From a virus (lineage: Duplodnaviria; Caudoviricetes), in IMG/VR virus record IMGVR_UViG_3300009509_000046, positions 1 through 52,133 of that record: a stretch of 52,133 nucleotides of DNA. The stretch is one strand, 5' to 3'. A program made the translations under genes and the position numbers. Shown here one piece after another: positions 37,333-47,838 of the stretch. Each line of letters begins with the position of its first letter. The first letter of the stretch is position 1. Under the pieces are notes generated by a model that saw only the letters and a list, made by a program, of their open reading frames with translations, was not told the DNA's origin and did not search any database.

Positions 37333-37598
37333 TGAAGTTTCTCCGCGATACGTACAGGCCGGGGCCTGATAAGTTAGCTTATGCCGCCATAGACCCAGAC
37401 GCCGCGTCGGTTGTGACGCGGGTCTATGGTCCCCGGCACTCTGCGACCCACGCCGATGTCATTACCTTGCCGCTGTTCAAGTTAGAAGATGGTGTATTTG
37501 CCTTGCCTTTTGATTTCAGAGAGCTGGGCAATTACATCTTCGTAGTAGAGGAAGATGGAACAGTGCAGACAATCCTAAATGCAAAGGTGTACGCATGA
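37332..37598 (+). CDS. Hypothetical beta-rich protein
   Basis: TAATG coupling; FDFRELGNYIFVV. Confidence 0.55.
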   Translation: MKFLRDTYRPGPDKLAYAAIDPDAASVVTRVYGPRHSATHADVITLPLFKLEDGVFALPFDFRELGNYIFVVEEDGTVQTILNAKVYA

Positions 37599-39082
37599 AA
37601 ACGACTCCATTACATATCAAACAAAAAGAAGAATTGGAGCAACACGCTCACGACCGAATTCGAGCAATTCATTGGGAGCAAGGAACTGGCAAAACATGGC
37701 TGGCCTTGGCAACGGCGGAGGAACTATATAAAGCAGGCAAGATCGATGCCCTATTCGTCGTCGCCCCGCCTGGGCTTCACACCAACTGGGTCAATTATGA
37801 GATACCGGACCACTTCAACCTACCTCATGCTCCGATTGCTTTTAGTACGAAGCGAGCAAAAACAAAAAAGCACCAAGCTGAATGTGCTGCGGTGTTGAAT
37901 GCAGGTTCAGGTTACATGCCGATTCTCACAATGTCATACCCAGGAATCAAGACCGATGCTGGAAAGAAGCTGGCGAAACAATTCTTGACAAAGCGGAAAT
38001 GTCTCTATGTCGGTGACGAGTCGAACCGATTCAAGACACCTTCGGCGAAAATTACCAGGACAATTCTCGCATCCGGCGATTATGCGGAATATAAACGAAC
38101 ATTGTGTGGTACACCCATCACCAATACGCCGTTCGACATCTATACTCAGCTCCGATTTCTGAATAAGAAGTTTTGGAGTGACACGCCGTATGGTCTCGGT
38201 AGCTTTCAGTGCTTCAAGACCTTTTTCGGCATTTGGGAAAAAGGTTATAACGGAAAACAGGATCGTGAGTATGATGTGTGTGTCGGCTACAAGAACCTGG
38301 AAATTTTGACGCAGTTGGTCGAGATGATTTCTTCACGAGTGTTGAAGGAAGATGTGTTGGACCTTCCGGCAAAGTTATATTCATACGCTGGCTTTGAGAT
38401 GACGCCGAAGCAGTGGCAACTCTATAAAGAGATTGAAGACGATTTCTTCACCTGCTTCAATGAAGAGATGGTCTTCACGCCGCTGGCAATCACACGGCTT
38501 CTCCGTCTCCAGCAAATCGCCTGTGGGTATCTGCCGACTGGCGATGAGAATGAGTGTGTTATGATTGAAGACAAAAACCCACGTCTCCAGGCACTCGGTG
38601 AAATCACCCAAGACTTGCCTCACAAAGCAATCATCTGGGCAAGATTCATCAAAGATATTGACCTGATTTGCGACATGCTGAACGAGAGAAAAGGCAAGTA
38701 CAATCTCGGTGGAGCTGTCCGGTGGGATGGTACAGTCGATGAAGATGAACGCGAAGAGAACAAACTGAAATTCAAGAAAGACCCTATCGATAAAACGCAA
38801 TTCATTGTTGCCACACCTGAGAGTATGGGTGAGGGACATACGCTGAATGAGGCGAAGACGACAATTTATTATAGCAACAGCTACAAGATGAAAGAGCGTC
38901 ACCAGAGCGAAGACCGCAATCACCGAGCTGGGCAAGAAGACCACGTACACTATATCGACCTCGTGGCGGACGGCACAAAAGATGTTGACATCATAGATGC
39001 CCTGCGGTTCAAGTTTGACAACGCCTCGAAAGTGATCGATGGTAGGATCAGAAAGTGGCTTGAGTCCTATAATGTTATTTGA
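37595..39082 (+). CDS. SNF2-family helicase
   Basis: EQGTGKT, DESN, LCGTP, LLRLQQIACG, QSEDRNHRAGQ. Confidence 0.93.
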   Translation: MKTTPLHIKQKEELEQHAHDRIRAIHWEQGTGKTWLALATAEELYKAGKIDALFVVAPPGLHTNWVNYEIPDHFNLPHAPIAFSTKRAKTKKHQAECAAVLNAGSGYMPILTMSYPGIKTDAGKKLAKQFLTKRKCLYVGDESNRFKTPSAKITRTILASGDYAEYKRTLCGTPITNTPFDIYTQLRFLNKKFWSDTPYGLGSFQCFKTFFGIWEKGYNGKQDREYDVCVGYKNLEILTQLVEMISSRVLKEDVLDLPAKLYSYAGFEMTPKQWQLYKEIEDDFFTCFNEEMVFTPLAITRLLRLQQIACGYLPTGDENECVMIEDKNPRLQALGEITQDLPHKAIIWARFIKDIDLICDMLNERKGKYNLGGAVRWDGTVDEDEREENKLKFKKDPIDKTQFIVATPESMGEGHTLNEAKTTIYYSNSYKMKERHQSEDRNHRAGQEDHVHYIDLVADGTKDVDIIDALRFKFDNASKVIDGRIRKWLESYNVI

Positions 39083-39101
39083 AAAAATTTCGATTTTCCT
39101 A

Positions 39102-39130
39102 TTGACTTCGATCTCATAATATAGTATACT
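39102..39130 (+). promoter_or_regulatory. Sigma70-type promoter of the replication operon
   Basis: TTGACT-17 bp-TATACT. Confidence 0.8.
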
Positions 39131-39164
39131 TTACATATATTATGAGAGTTGAGGAGATATAAAG

Positions 39165-39725
39165 ATGAGCAAAGCACCGTATGATTATTCAGCATTCGAG
39201 GAAGACGCAGCCACAAATCAAGAGGATGTGCTTGGTAAGATTTCAAAGCTTGCTGATGAAATGCACAACCTTAATAAGCAGATAGCTAAACAAGAGCTGA
39301 AACTAAAAAAACTCAAAGAAAATCACAGACAAATCGCTGAGGAACAACTGCCTGAGTTGTTCAATGAAGTAGGCATGTCTGAGCTAAGAACAAAAAGCGG
39401 ACTTCCTTTGAAAATGAAGAACCGCGTACACACAAATATCTCGAAGGATCGTAAGCCCAAAGCAATCGCATGGCTTGATGAGAATGGTCAAGGTGGAATG
39501 GTCAAGCGTTGTGTCATCATCGACTTCGACAAGACCAAAGAAGAAAAAGTGAGAGCACTTCTCCGGCTAATCGGAAAAGGTTGGCCGAATAACCGCGTAG
39601 AGTTGGACGTCCACGCTTCAACCGTAAAGGCGTTCGTCAAAAAGCGATTAGAAGATGGAGAGGAAATACCTCTGGACATTTTCGGCGTACATTGTGTAGA
39701 TGTAGTCGAAATCTCAAGCAAATAG
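39165..39725 (+). CDS. Conserved phage replication-module protein
   Basis: LPELFNEVGMSEL, AIAWLDENG, VHASTVKAFVK. Confidence 0.75.
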   Translation: MSKAPYDYSAFEEDAATNQEDVLGKISKLADEMHNLNKQIAKQELKLKKLKENHRQIAEEQLPELFNEVGMSELRTKSGLPLKMKNRVHTNISKDRKPKAIAWLDENGQGGMVKRCVIIDFDKTKEEKVRALLRLIGKGWPNNRVELDVHASTVKAFVKKRLEDGEEIPLDIFGVHCVDVVEISSK

Positions 39726-39764
39726 CGGTACGTACCTATTATCATTTTTTGAGGAGCACAGAAT

Positions 39765-40601
39765 ATGGCAAACAAGAAAGACAAGACCGAAACAGACTTG
39801 GCCGTCAAGAACGAAGGCCAAACCGCTCTCGCTGGTCGCTTCGACTATGGCGACATGGCTGGTGACGGCTGGGACAACACGGGACAGGATGATTTTACGA
39901 TCCCGTTCTTGGCAATCGTCCAAGCGATGTCCCCGCAGGTCCAAGAGACCGAGGCGGAGTATATCGAAGGTGCAAAAGCTGGCAATCTTCTCAACACAGC
40001 CTCGAAGGAGCTGTTCGACGGCAGGGAAGGCATCACGTTTGTGCCCTGCTACACTCAGCACTTGTTTGTTGAGTGGAAAAATCGTCAGCTCGATGGTGGT
40101 GGCTTCGTCGCTATCCATGAGTGTGATAGTGACATCGTCATGGAAGCAAAGGCTGCATCCAAAGAGTTTGGCAAGTACACTGTGCCTGTAGATAGCGGGC
40201 ATCCTCACGACTTGGTCGAGACGTTCTACATCTATGGCCTTATCGTGAACGAAGGAGAAATTGTAACGCCTTGCATGATTTCTTTCAACAGCACCAAAAT
40301 AAAGGCATACAAGGCAATTATGACGCCTATGCGTCAAGTCAAGGGCCGTCCACCGATGTTCGCATTCCTTCTCAAGATTAGCACCGTTAGTGAGAAGAAC
40401 GCGAAGGGCACCTATCACAATTTCAAGCTCAGCTTCGCCAATGGCTCAGCGGCAGATTCTCTCCTACCCCCAGACCACGTCTTTGTCCTGGCGGGCAAGG
40501 AATTCAAGGATCAGGTAGCCGAGGGTAAGGCGAAGATCGATCACAGTGGTGCCAATATGGGCGGCGAAAGCTATGACAGCGACGAAGATGCCCCGTTCTA
40601 A
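39765..40601 (+). CDS. ssDNA-binding/annealing protein
   Basis: IPFLAIVQAMSPQV...GAKAG; acidic tail ending DEDAPF. Confidence 0.7.
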   Translation: MANKKDKTETDLAVKNEGQTALAGRFDYGDMAGDGWDNTGQDDFTIPFLAIVQAMSPQVQETEAEYIEGAKAGNLLNTASKELFDGREGITFVPCYTQHLFVEWKNRQLDGGGFVAIHECDSDIVMEAKAASKEFGKYTVPVDSGHPHDLVETFYIYGLIVNEGEIVTPCMISFNSTKIKAYKAIMTPMRQVKGRPPMFAFLLKISTVSEKNAKGTYHNFKLSFANGSAADSLLPPDHVFVLAGKEFKDQVAEGKAKIDHSGANMGGESYDSDEDAPF

Positions 40602-40626
40602 GACTCTCTCACTCTCCTCTGACGGT

Positions 40627-40650
40627 GGGCTGGGGCTTCGGCCCCAGCTC
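40627..40650 (+). terminator. GC-rich hairpin with cUUCGg loop (terminator or mRNA stabiliser)
   Basis: GGGCTGGGGC-TTCG-GCCCCAGCTC; weak U tract. Confidence 0.65.
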
Positions 40651-40674
40651 ATTCGCTTACTATGAGTAAGTGAT

Positions 40675-41844
40675 ATGAACCTATCGCACCAACAACAAGA
40701 GGCTGTAGATGCCATTAGCCGGTGGATGAAATCCGACCAACAACTATTCAGATTATTTGGTTATGCCGGTACAGGTAAAACTACCTTGGCGAAATACGTC
40801 GCGGCAGGGCCTACCCTTTTCTGTGCGTTTACAGGCAAAGCCGCATACGTCCTGCGGCAAAAGGGCTGCGAAGCATTCACCATACATCAGTTGATTTACT
40901 GCCCGAAGGTGCGAAGCCGGGCTAAATTGACAGAGTTAGAGCTGGAGCTGGCAAATACCGACGATAAAGATGAGATCGAAAAATTGGAGAAGCAGATCGA
41001 ATTCGAGCACAAAAAGCTCAATTCTCCAAAGTTCGTTCTCAATCCAGACAGCCCAGTTCAAACTGCCGATCTTGTCGTGGTCGATGAATGTTCTATGGTG
41101 AACGAGCAAATGGCGAAAGACCTGATGAGCTTCGGAACGAAGATCCTTGTGCTGGGCGATCCAGCACAATTGCCGCCTGTGTATGGCACTGGGTATTTCA
41201 TCAAAGCTCAGCCCGACTTCATGCTGACCGAAATCCACCGTCAGGCAAAAGACAATCCTATCATCGGACTTGCAACACGTGTTCGACAACGTGAGTATCT
41301 ACAGCCTGACGGTGGAATGGTCATTCCTTGGGGAAGTGTCACTCCAGAAGAAGTCTTGGAGTACGACCAAATCCTCGTGGGACGAAACAAAACTCGGAAA
41401 GCCACAAACCACAAAATACGTGGACTTCTCAAACGCTATAGTAATATCCCAGTGACAGGTGATAGGCTCGTCTGTCTGCGAAACGATCACGAAGTGGGTT
41501 TACTTAACGGCGGAATTTGGGAAGTCGAATCATGTTGTGATATTGGCGATGAATTTCTCGATCTCATTATAAAAGATCCAGAAACAAACTCCGGCTTCCT
41601 GGCGGTCGAAGCTCATCGTCATTACTTCATGGATCAAGACGATAAGCCATTGCCCTGGTGGATTAGAAAAGAAGCTCAGGAGTTTGACTACGGCTACGCA
41701 TTGACAGTCCATAAGTCACAAGGATCACAGTGGGATCGTGTTCTGATCTTCGATGAGAGTGGCTCCTTTGGGCGTGACGCCCATAAATGGATGTATACCG
41801 CCGTGACACGAGCAGCCCAGGAAGTGAGGGTGGTTGTGCGGTGA
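40675..41844 (+). CDS. RecD/Dda-like SF1B helicase
   Basis: GYAGTGKTT, DECSMV, GDPAQLPPV, YALTVHKSQGS, YTAVTRA. Confidence 0.93.
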   Translation: MNLSHQQQEAVDAISRWMKSDQQLFRLFGYAGTGKTTLAKYVAAGPTLFCAFTGKAAYVLRQKGCEAFTIHQLIYCPKVRSRAKLTELELELANTDDKDEIEKLEKQIEFEHKKLNSPKFVLNPDSPVQTADLVVVDECSMVNEQMAKDLMSFGTKILVLGDPAQLPPVYGTGYFIKAQPDFMLTEIHRQAKDNPIIGLATRVRQREYLQPDGGMVIPWGSVTPEEVLEYDQILVGRNKTRKATNHKIRGLLKRYSNIPVTGDRLVCLRNDHEVGLLNGGIWEVESCCDIGDEFLDLIIKDPETNSGFLAVEAHRHYFMDQDDKPLPWWIRKEAQEFDYGYALTVHKSQGSQWDRVLIFDESGSFGRDAHKWMYTAVTRAAQEVRVVVR

Positions 41845-42212
41845 AAATAGATCCGAAGAAAAAGAAGATGATACGGATGATGATACGCGAAGCTATCAAA
41901 TTTCAGAATCATCAAACATTATTCTCATGTGAGCACTGCATGTTCTATGATGAGGGACATTGCGAGGCAGACTTCGATGACCAAATAACACACAATCTTG
42001 TGCAGCCTTATAGTTTACCTCAATGCTTCACATTTAACTCAATTGACTCAGCGTATGCCGGTGTGCTGGAGCTGTTCGCCAGCATGAAAATTGACTTTAG
42101 ACATGCGGAGTATGGGTGGGCTACAATCGTTGGACGAATTATAAGTCGCTGCAATCGCTATGGTTATCTTCCTAAAGTGAATAAAACGAACCTGAACAAA
42201 TATGATGGGTAG
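41841..42212 (+). CDS. Hypothetical Cys-containing protein
   Basis: GTGA overlap; CEHC...C...C. Confidence 0.55.
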   Translation: MKIDPKKKKMIRMMIREAIKFQNHQTLFSCEHCMFYDEGHCEADFDDQITHNLVQPYSLPQCFTFNSIDSAYAGVLELFASMKIDFRHAEYGWATIVGRIISRCNRYGYLPKVNKTNLNKYDG

Positions 42213-44154
42213 GGGTCGAAAAAACAGAAACTACGAGGGTCAAATGCCGATGTTCAAACCGGACTGTGACTGGCGTCCGCCGTCACTGAGTGACCTTCCT
42301 ACGTCTTGGGACGGAGCTGGCCGCGTCGGTATTGACTGCGAGACTAAAGACGTTGACCTAAAGAGACTCGGTCCAGGCGTCCGGCGTAAAGACAGCTATA
42401 TTGTCGGAATCAGTTTTGCTATTGAAGACGGTCCATCGTTCTATCTGCCAATGCGTCACAGGGGTGGTGACAATATGGATGCGGCAAAGGTCATCCAATA
42501 TCTAAAAGACCGAGCCAAAACATTCACCGGAACACTCTGCGGAGCAAACATCGGATACGATCTTGACTGGCTGGCCGAAGAAGGCATCGTGTTCCGACAA
42601 GCTTCGTTCAAAGACATACAAGTTGCTGAGCCGCTGATAGATGAGAATCAATTCTCTTATAGCCTGGAGACACTTGCTGAGAAGTATGGCTTTCCAGGCA
42701 AAGACGAGACAATGCTGCGTGACGCGGCCTCGGCTTACGGCCTTGACCCAAAGAAAGATTTGTGGCAACTCCCTGGGCGTTACGTTGGAGCATACGGAGC
42801 ACACGACTCTGAGCTGCCGCTGGCAATCCTACGGAAACAAGAGAAGATCATTGATGATGTCGATCTCTGGAAGATCTACGATCTTGAGTGTCAAGTGACA
42901 CCTGTCCTTGTGAAGATGAGACGACGTGGAATTCGCATCGACTTCGATCAACTTTCTAAGGTAGAGAAGTTTACCATTGAAAAGGAACAAGAATTTCTAC
43001 AGGTGATCTATGATAAAACCGGAGTAAGAATTCAAGTCGATGAGATCAATAAAACAAAGTTAGTCATTAAGGCTTGTAATGTAGCACAAATTCCTTACGG
43101 CTGGACCGAACCATCAGACAAATTCCCAGATGGACAGCCGTCAGTCAAAAAGGAATTCTTACTTCCTAACGCCGATCATCCTGTAGTCAATTCGATACTC
43201 GAAGCTCGTGCGTATAATAAGGTTCGCAACACGTTTGTGAGGTCGATCAGAGATCACGCGGTCAACGGTCGAATTCATTGTACATTCAATCAGCTCCGGC
43301 GTCAAGATGATAATAGTGACGAGGTCAAAGGTGCTGGGCCTGGGCGTCTTTCATCTTGTGATCCCAACCTACAACAGCAACCATCACGTCACCCAGTGCT
43401 GGGCAAAATGTGGCGGGCGATCTATCTGCCGGACGAAGGTGGAAGGTGGGCTGCTTGTGATTACTCACAACAAGAGCCTCGGCTGTTCGTTCACTTTGCA
43501 CACATAGCCGGATGTCCAGGAACGCAAGCGGCCATCGACAAATTTTTCGCCGGTTATGATTGGCATGATATGACAACCGAAATGGCGTTCGGTATTAAGA
43601 AAGACGATGACCCAGAGAAGTTTGCAAAGCTTCGTAAGCGGGCAAAAGCTGTTTTTCTGGGGCTGACTTATGGTATGGGACAGGCAAAAATGTGTCGGTC
43701 TTGTGGCTTCGCAACAGAAATAATTAACATACGTGGAGCTGAGCGAGAAGTGGCCGGTCCCGAAGGCCGGGCTTTTCTGGAAGAATTCAATCGCAAGGTT
43801 CCGTTCTTGAATGACATTAAGGAAAGAGTTGAACGAGTCGCCTGGAATCGTCGTTATATTCGGACATTACTTGGTCGGCATATCCACTATCCCCCCGGCC
43901 TTAACATGGAACGAAAGGCACTGAATAACTTAATCCAAGGGTCCGCAGCAGATCAAACAAAACTGGCAATGGTGCTTCTGGATAAAGAAAATTTCAGATT
44001 TCAGTTGCAAATTCACGACGAAATTGATATAACTGTATATGATGAGAAAACAGCAAAGGATATGGCTGAGATTATGACAAACTGTGTGCCTCTGGTCGTG
44101 CCGTCAAAGGTGGATGTCGAGATCGGGGCCAATTGGGGAGATAGCATGGAATGA
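42202..44154 (+). CDS. polA: Family A DNA polymerase with 3'-5' exonuclease
   Basis: Exonuclease DCET/YD/D; motif A DYSQQEPR, motif B RKRAKAVFLGLTYG, motif C IHDE. Confidence 0.95.
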   Translation: MMGRGRKNRNYEGQMPMFKPDCDWRPPSLSDLPTSWDGAGRVGIDCETKDVDLKRLGPGVRRKDSYIVGISFAIEDGPSFYLPMRHRGGDNMDAAKVIQYLKDRAKTFTGTLCGANIGYDLDWLAEEGIVFRQASFKDIQVAEPLIDENQFSYSLETLAEKYGFPGKDETMLRDAASAYGLDPKKDLWQLPGRYVGAYGAHDSELPLAILRKQEKIIDDVDLWKIYDLECQVTPVLVKMRRRGIRIDFDQLSKVEKFTIEKEQEFLQVIYDKTGVRIQVDEINKTKLVIKACNVAQIPYGWTEPSDKFPDGQPSVKKEFLLPNADHPVVNSILEARAYNKVRNTFVRSIRDHAVNGRIHCTFNQLRRQDDNSDEVKGAGPGRLSSCDPNLQQQPSRHPVLGKMWRAIYLPDEGGRWAACDYSQQEPRLFVHFAHIAGCPGTQAAIDKFFAGYDWHDMTTEMAFGIKKDDDPEKFAKLRKRAKAVFLGLTYGMGQAKMCRSCGFATEIINIRGAEREVAGPEGRAFLEEFNRKVPFLNDIKERVERVAWNRRYIRTLLGRHIHYPPGLNMERKALNNLIQGSAADQTKLAMVLLDKENFRFQLQIHDEIDITVYDEKTAKDMAEIMTNCVPLVVPSKVDVEIGANWGDSME

Positions 44155-44531
44155 GAACACTACTGTTCAAAAACAATGTTCACCAAACAGAGAAGGCGGA
44201 CATCCCTGGACATGATCCGGTCGCCGTCAATCTCACTGTCCGCAAGGGTCTCAAATGGGCCGATGTTAAGATCGGCGAAACTGTGATCGTTGCTGAAACT
44301 GGAGCAGAGATTGTCGAAGGTCAAGAAGTGTTCGCTGAGATCTTTGATGTCAAAGTGATGACCTTTGCCAGCCTCGTCAACTATGGTCACTTACTCAAAC
44401 TGGAGCATGACCCAGCATGTCAAACCTTCAAAGGTCTCTTCGAGACGATGAAGAAAGTCTATGACGGCTTCCTTCTTCACGAATTAGTGACACTCGTGTT
44501 CTACGAAGTTTTAGAGGAGACTCCTGGATAA
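44151..44531 (+). CDS. ASCH/PUA-like protein
   Basis: NLTVRKG...VKIGETV...MKKVY...VTLVFY. Confidence 0.5.
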   Translation: MRTLLFKNNVHQTEKADIPGHDPVAVNLTVRKGLKWADVKIGETVIVAETGAEIVEGQEVFAEIFDVKVMTFASLVNYGHLLKLEHDPACQTFKGLFETMKKVYDGFLLHELVTLVFYEVLEETPG

Positions 44532-44821
44532 TGAGATTAGGAACTCACTTAACCATTTGGGATGATGACCATTCACTATGCGAGAAAGTGTGGTTTGATT
44601 TCGAGATTCGATTTCTCTGGTGGAAATTTCATTTCCGAATTAGTCGGTCACTGACATCCGGCCATCTCGGATATGATAGACGACCTTACATTAGATTTTT
44701 TCTCGGATCACCTACAAAACACATTAGGTTAATAACAACAAGTGTTGTTGTTAATAGATTCAATCTTGATGGAAGTTGTCGGCTAAAAACAATCTATATG
44801 TGGAAGTGGAGATTTCGTTAG
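44531..44821 (+). CDS. Hypothetical basic/aromatic protein
   Basis: TAATG and TAGTG couplings at both ends. Confidence 0.5.
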   Translation: MRLGTHLTIWDDDHSLCEKVWFDFEIRFLWWKFHFRISRSLTSGHLGYDRRPYIRFFLGSPTKHIRLITTSVVVNRFNLDGSCRLKTIYMWKWRFR

Positions 44822-45258
44822 TGGAACAACAGCAACGACAATTTTTGGTGAAGGCCCTGACTAAGGCGGGACTCGATGCAACAAGCGTCGAAAATCCCGC
44901 CTATCCAGGGACACCAGACATTCAATTCATCGACGGATGGATAGAGTGTAAGTACTTGGAAGACTGGCCGAAGAAAGAAGAAACAACTGTACGCATTCCA
45001 CACTTCACGCAGCAACAACGAGTTTGGTTACTACGCCGATGGTTAGAAGTCACCAAGAAAGCAACGCTTAGAAAAATCTATGGGGCTGGCTGGCTTGTGC
45101 TTTATGTTGCAAGTACAAAAGACTGGCTTGTGTTCAATGGCGAAATAGCAGCAAGGCATGTGGCGAAGGATGGAGTGAATAAAGCTAAGCTTTTTGAGCT
45201 TGCTTGTCTAACAACGAATAATGTACAGGATGTAATTGATTATGTCACTATCTCTTGA
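44821..45258 (+). CDS. PD-(D/E)xK nuclease (VRR-NUC / Holliday junction resolvase-like)
   Basis: VENPAYPGTPDI...WIECK...QQRVWL. Confidence 0.8.
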   Translation: MEQQQRQFLVKALTKAGLDATSVENPAYPGTPDIQFIDGWIECKYLEDWPKKEETTVRIPHFTQQQRVWLLRRWLEVTKKATLRKIYGAGWLVLYVASTKDWLVFNGEIAARHVAKDGVNKAKLFELACLTTNNVQDVIDYVTIS

Positions 45259-47602
45259 ATTCCTAAAACAATTTAGGCCGGACGGACCCTGGACGCTCAC
45301 GGCAATTCCGGTAGACGGCGGAAAGCTTAACACCGTGACATTCACGGACGAACTTGAAGACAAACTGGAAGACTGGCTTGTCAAGAACGGTGAAGGTCAT
45401 AATATATACTTCTCTGTCAATCCTTGCCGCGAATCTATTAGTAAAAAGGCTTCTCGTGAAGATATCCAGTCAGTCGAATATCTACATGTCGATGTGGACC
45501 CACGTGCCGGGGAGAGCCTGAAGCTTGAACAAAAAAGAATCCTCGACAAAATCCGAGCATTCAAGCCTACTCCTACGTGTGTCATATTCTCTGGGGGCGG
45601 GTATCAAGCATTCTGGCGGCTCGAAGAACCAATCATCATAGATGGTGACATTGCCAAAGCCGAATCAGCGAAACGCTACAACATGCAACTTGAGCTACTT
45701 TTGGGCGGAGACAACTGTCATAACATCGACCGGATTATGAGATTGCCGGGAACGATGAACCGGCCAAACGCTAAGAAGCGTAAGAAGGGCCGCAAAGAAA
45801 TCCTGGCCGAAACGGTCCACTTGGATACAAAGATATCATATCCTATTAGCCAATTCACAGCGGCTCAGAAGGTCCAATCATCAGCTTCTGCTGGGTTTTC
45901 TGGTGGTCGATCTGATCTTACACCCAAAGTGGATACGGCCAACATTCGGCGGATAGAGGATCTCTCCGAGCTGGGCGATAGTGTGAAAGATTGGGTCAAA
46001 GTGCTGATTGCCCAAGGGCGTGATCCTGATGAGCCTCATCGGTTCAAATCCCGCAGTGAGGCATTGTTCTGTGTATGCTGCGAATTAGTCCGAGCCGGTA
46101 TTGATGATGAGACTATCTTCTCAATCATCACCGACAAAGACTTCGGCATTGCTGAGTCGGTTGTGCAGCTCGGATCAAGAGCAGAAGCCTACGCCCTGCG
46201 GCAGATCGAGCGAGCCAAAGAAAATGCGGTAGATCCAGCTCTCCGCGAGCTGAATGAAAAGCACGCCGTGATCTCCAGCATCGGCGGCAAGTGTCGCGTG
46301 ATTGCAGAAGAATTCGATCACTCATTCGGCAGACCTAAAATAGAATTGCAAACCTTCCAAGACTTTTCAAATCGGTATATGCACCGCAAAGTAAAAGTTG
46401 GTGAAGACAAGAACGGTGCTGCCGTATTCATGCCGCTCGGCAAGTGGTGGTTGCAACATAAGAACAGACGTCAATTCGACCAAATGATTTTCGTACCGGC
46501 CCAAGAAGTTGACGGAGCGTTCAATCTGTGGCGTGGCTTCAATTGCGAAGCTATACCGGGAGCATGTGACCTGTTCCTCAATCACCTGAAAGATAACGTG
46601 TGCTGCGGCAACGCCGAATACTATCAGTATCTCATGGCGTGGCTGGCCGCTGCCGTACAGAACCCCGGCAAGCCTGCTGGGACCGCCGTCGTTATGCGTG
46701 GTAAGCAAGGGACAGGAAAATCGTTCTTTGCGAAAGCAGTTGGCAAGCTGTTCGGCCAACACTTCTTGCATATCAGCAACTCGAAACATCTGGTCGGTTC
46801 CTTCAATGCTCACCTGCGTGACTGCGTCCTATTGTTCGCCGATGAAGCATTCTACGCCGGTGACAAAAAGAGTGAAGGCATCTTGAAAGCACTCATCACC
46901 GAAGAACATATCGTCATCGAAAAGAAGGGCATCGACTCCGAAGCACAACCAAATTACATTCACCTAATCATGGCCTCTAACAGCGACTGGGTCGTGCCGG
47001 TAGCTATGGATGATCGTCGTTTCTTCGTTCTGGATATGGGCGAAACACATCGACGTGACTCTCAATACTTTGGTGACATCATGGCTCAGCTCGAAAACGG
47101 TGGGTATGAAGCTCTACTCCACCACCTGATGTCACTTGATATCACGAAAATAGATCTGCGGATTCCACCAAACACTGAGGCGCTTGCTGAACAGAAGCAG
47201 CTCAATTTGAGTCCCGAACAAGCTTGGTGGTATGATAAGCTCCACGAAGGTCGTGTCCTGGCAAGACATGAAGGCTGGGAAACAACAATCTGTAAAGAAG
47301 AATTGCTGTTCGATTTGGAGAGATTTGTCAAGCGTTACGCGGGCAATTATATGAACCGAATTTCTATGACCCGGCTTGGTCGATTTCTAAGTCGAATAAT
47401 GCCTGCGGGCTTACCTCAAACAACAACCCAGCGAGTCAGCCCAGATCCGAAGGCACCTTATGACACTGGATTGAACTTCAACACAAATCCAAAGTGCTAC
47501 AAGATAGGGACATTGATAGACTGCCGGAAGTGCTGGGACGACATCCAGGGCTTCAAAACAAAATGGCAGGATGCAATCACCGATGAACAACCGCCGTTTT
47601 AG
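45242..47602 (+). CDS. Primase-helicase (RepB-type AEP primase plus SF3/DUF5906 helicase)
   Basis: NIYFSVN, HVDVD, SGGGYQAFW, RIMRLPGT; GKQGTGKS, FADE, ASN, DDRRF. Confidence 0.92.
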   Translation: MSLSLEFLKQFRPDGPWTLTAIPVDGGKLNTVTFTDELEDKLEDWLVKNGEGHNIYFSVNPCRESISKKASREDIQSVEYLHVDVDPRAGESLKLEQKRILDKIRAFKPTPTCVIFSGGGYQAFWRLEEPIIIDGDIAKAESAKRYNMQLELLLGGDNCHNIDRIMRLPGTMNRPNAKKRKKGRKEILAETVHLDTKISYPISQFTAAQKVQSSASAGFSGGRSDLTPKVDTANIRRIEDLSELGDSVKDWVKVLIAQGRDPDEPHRFKSRSEALFCVCCELVRAGIDDETIFSIITDKDFGIAESVVQLGSRAEAYALRQIERAKENAVDPALRELNEKHAVISSIGGKCRVIAEEFDHSFGRPKIELQTFQDFSNRYMHRKVKVGEDKNGAAVFMPLGKWWLQHKNRRQFDQMIFVPAQEVDGAFNLWRGFNCEAIPGACDLFLNHLKDNVCCGNAEYYQYLMAWLAAAVQNPGKPAGTAVVMRGKQGTGKSFFAKAVGKLFGQHFLHISNSKHLVGSFNAHLRDCVLLFADEAFYAGDKKSEGILKALITEEHIVIEKKGIDSEAQPNYIHLIMASNSDWVVPVAMDDRRFFVLDMGETHRRDSQYFGDIMAQLENGGYEALLHHLMSLDITKIDLRIPPNTEALAEQKQLNLSPEQAWWYDKLHEGRVLARHEGWETTICKEELLFDLERFVKRYAGNYMNRISMTRLGRFLSRIMPAGLPQTTTQRVSPDPKAPYDTGLNFNTNPKCYKIGTLIDCRKCWDDIQGFKTKWQDAITDEQPPF

Positions 47603-47610
47603 GAGACATC

Positions 47611-47838
47611 ATGGCAATACCAGGAGACGACAGATTAAGATGTAGATCATGTGAAGGGTTCTTATGTGCTCCAACAAAAGTTAATCCTGCGGATTATGGT
47701 CTTATTGAAAATAAACATGGTGCAGTAACGAGGAAGTGTCTTAACCCAAAATGTGAGCAACATTGGATAGTATACGCTCAGGAGCTGCCAAAAGGATCGT
47801 TCAAAATTATCCTAAAAATGATTGACAAACTGGAGTAA
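47611..47838 (+). CDS. Zinc-ribbon protein
   Basis: CRSC...CLNPKC; AGGAG RBS. Confidence 0.6.
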   Translation: MAIPGDDRLRCRSCEGFLCAPTKVNPADYGLIENKHGAVTRKCLNPKCEQHWIVYAQELPKGSFKIILKMIDKLE

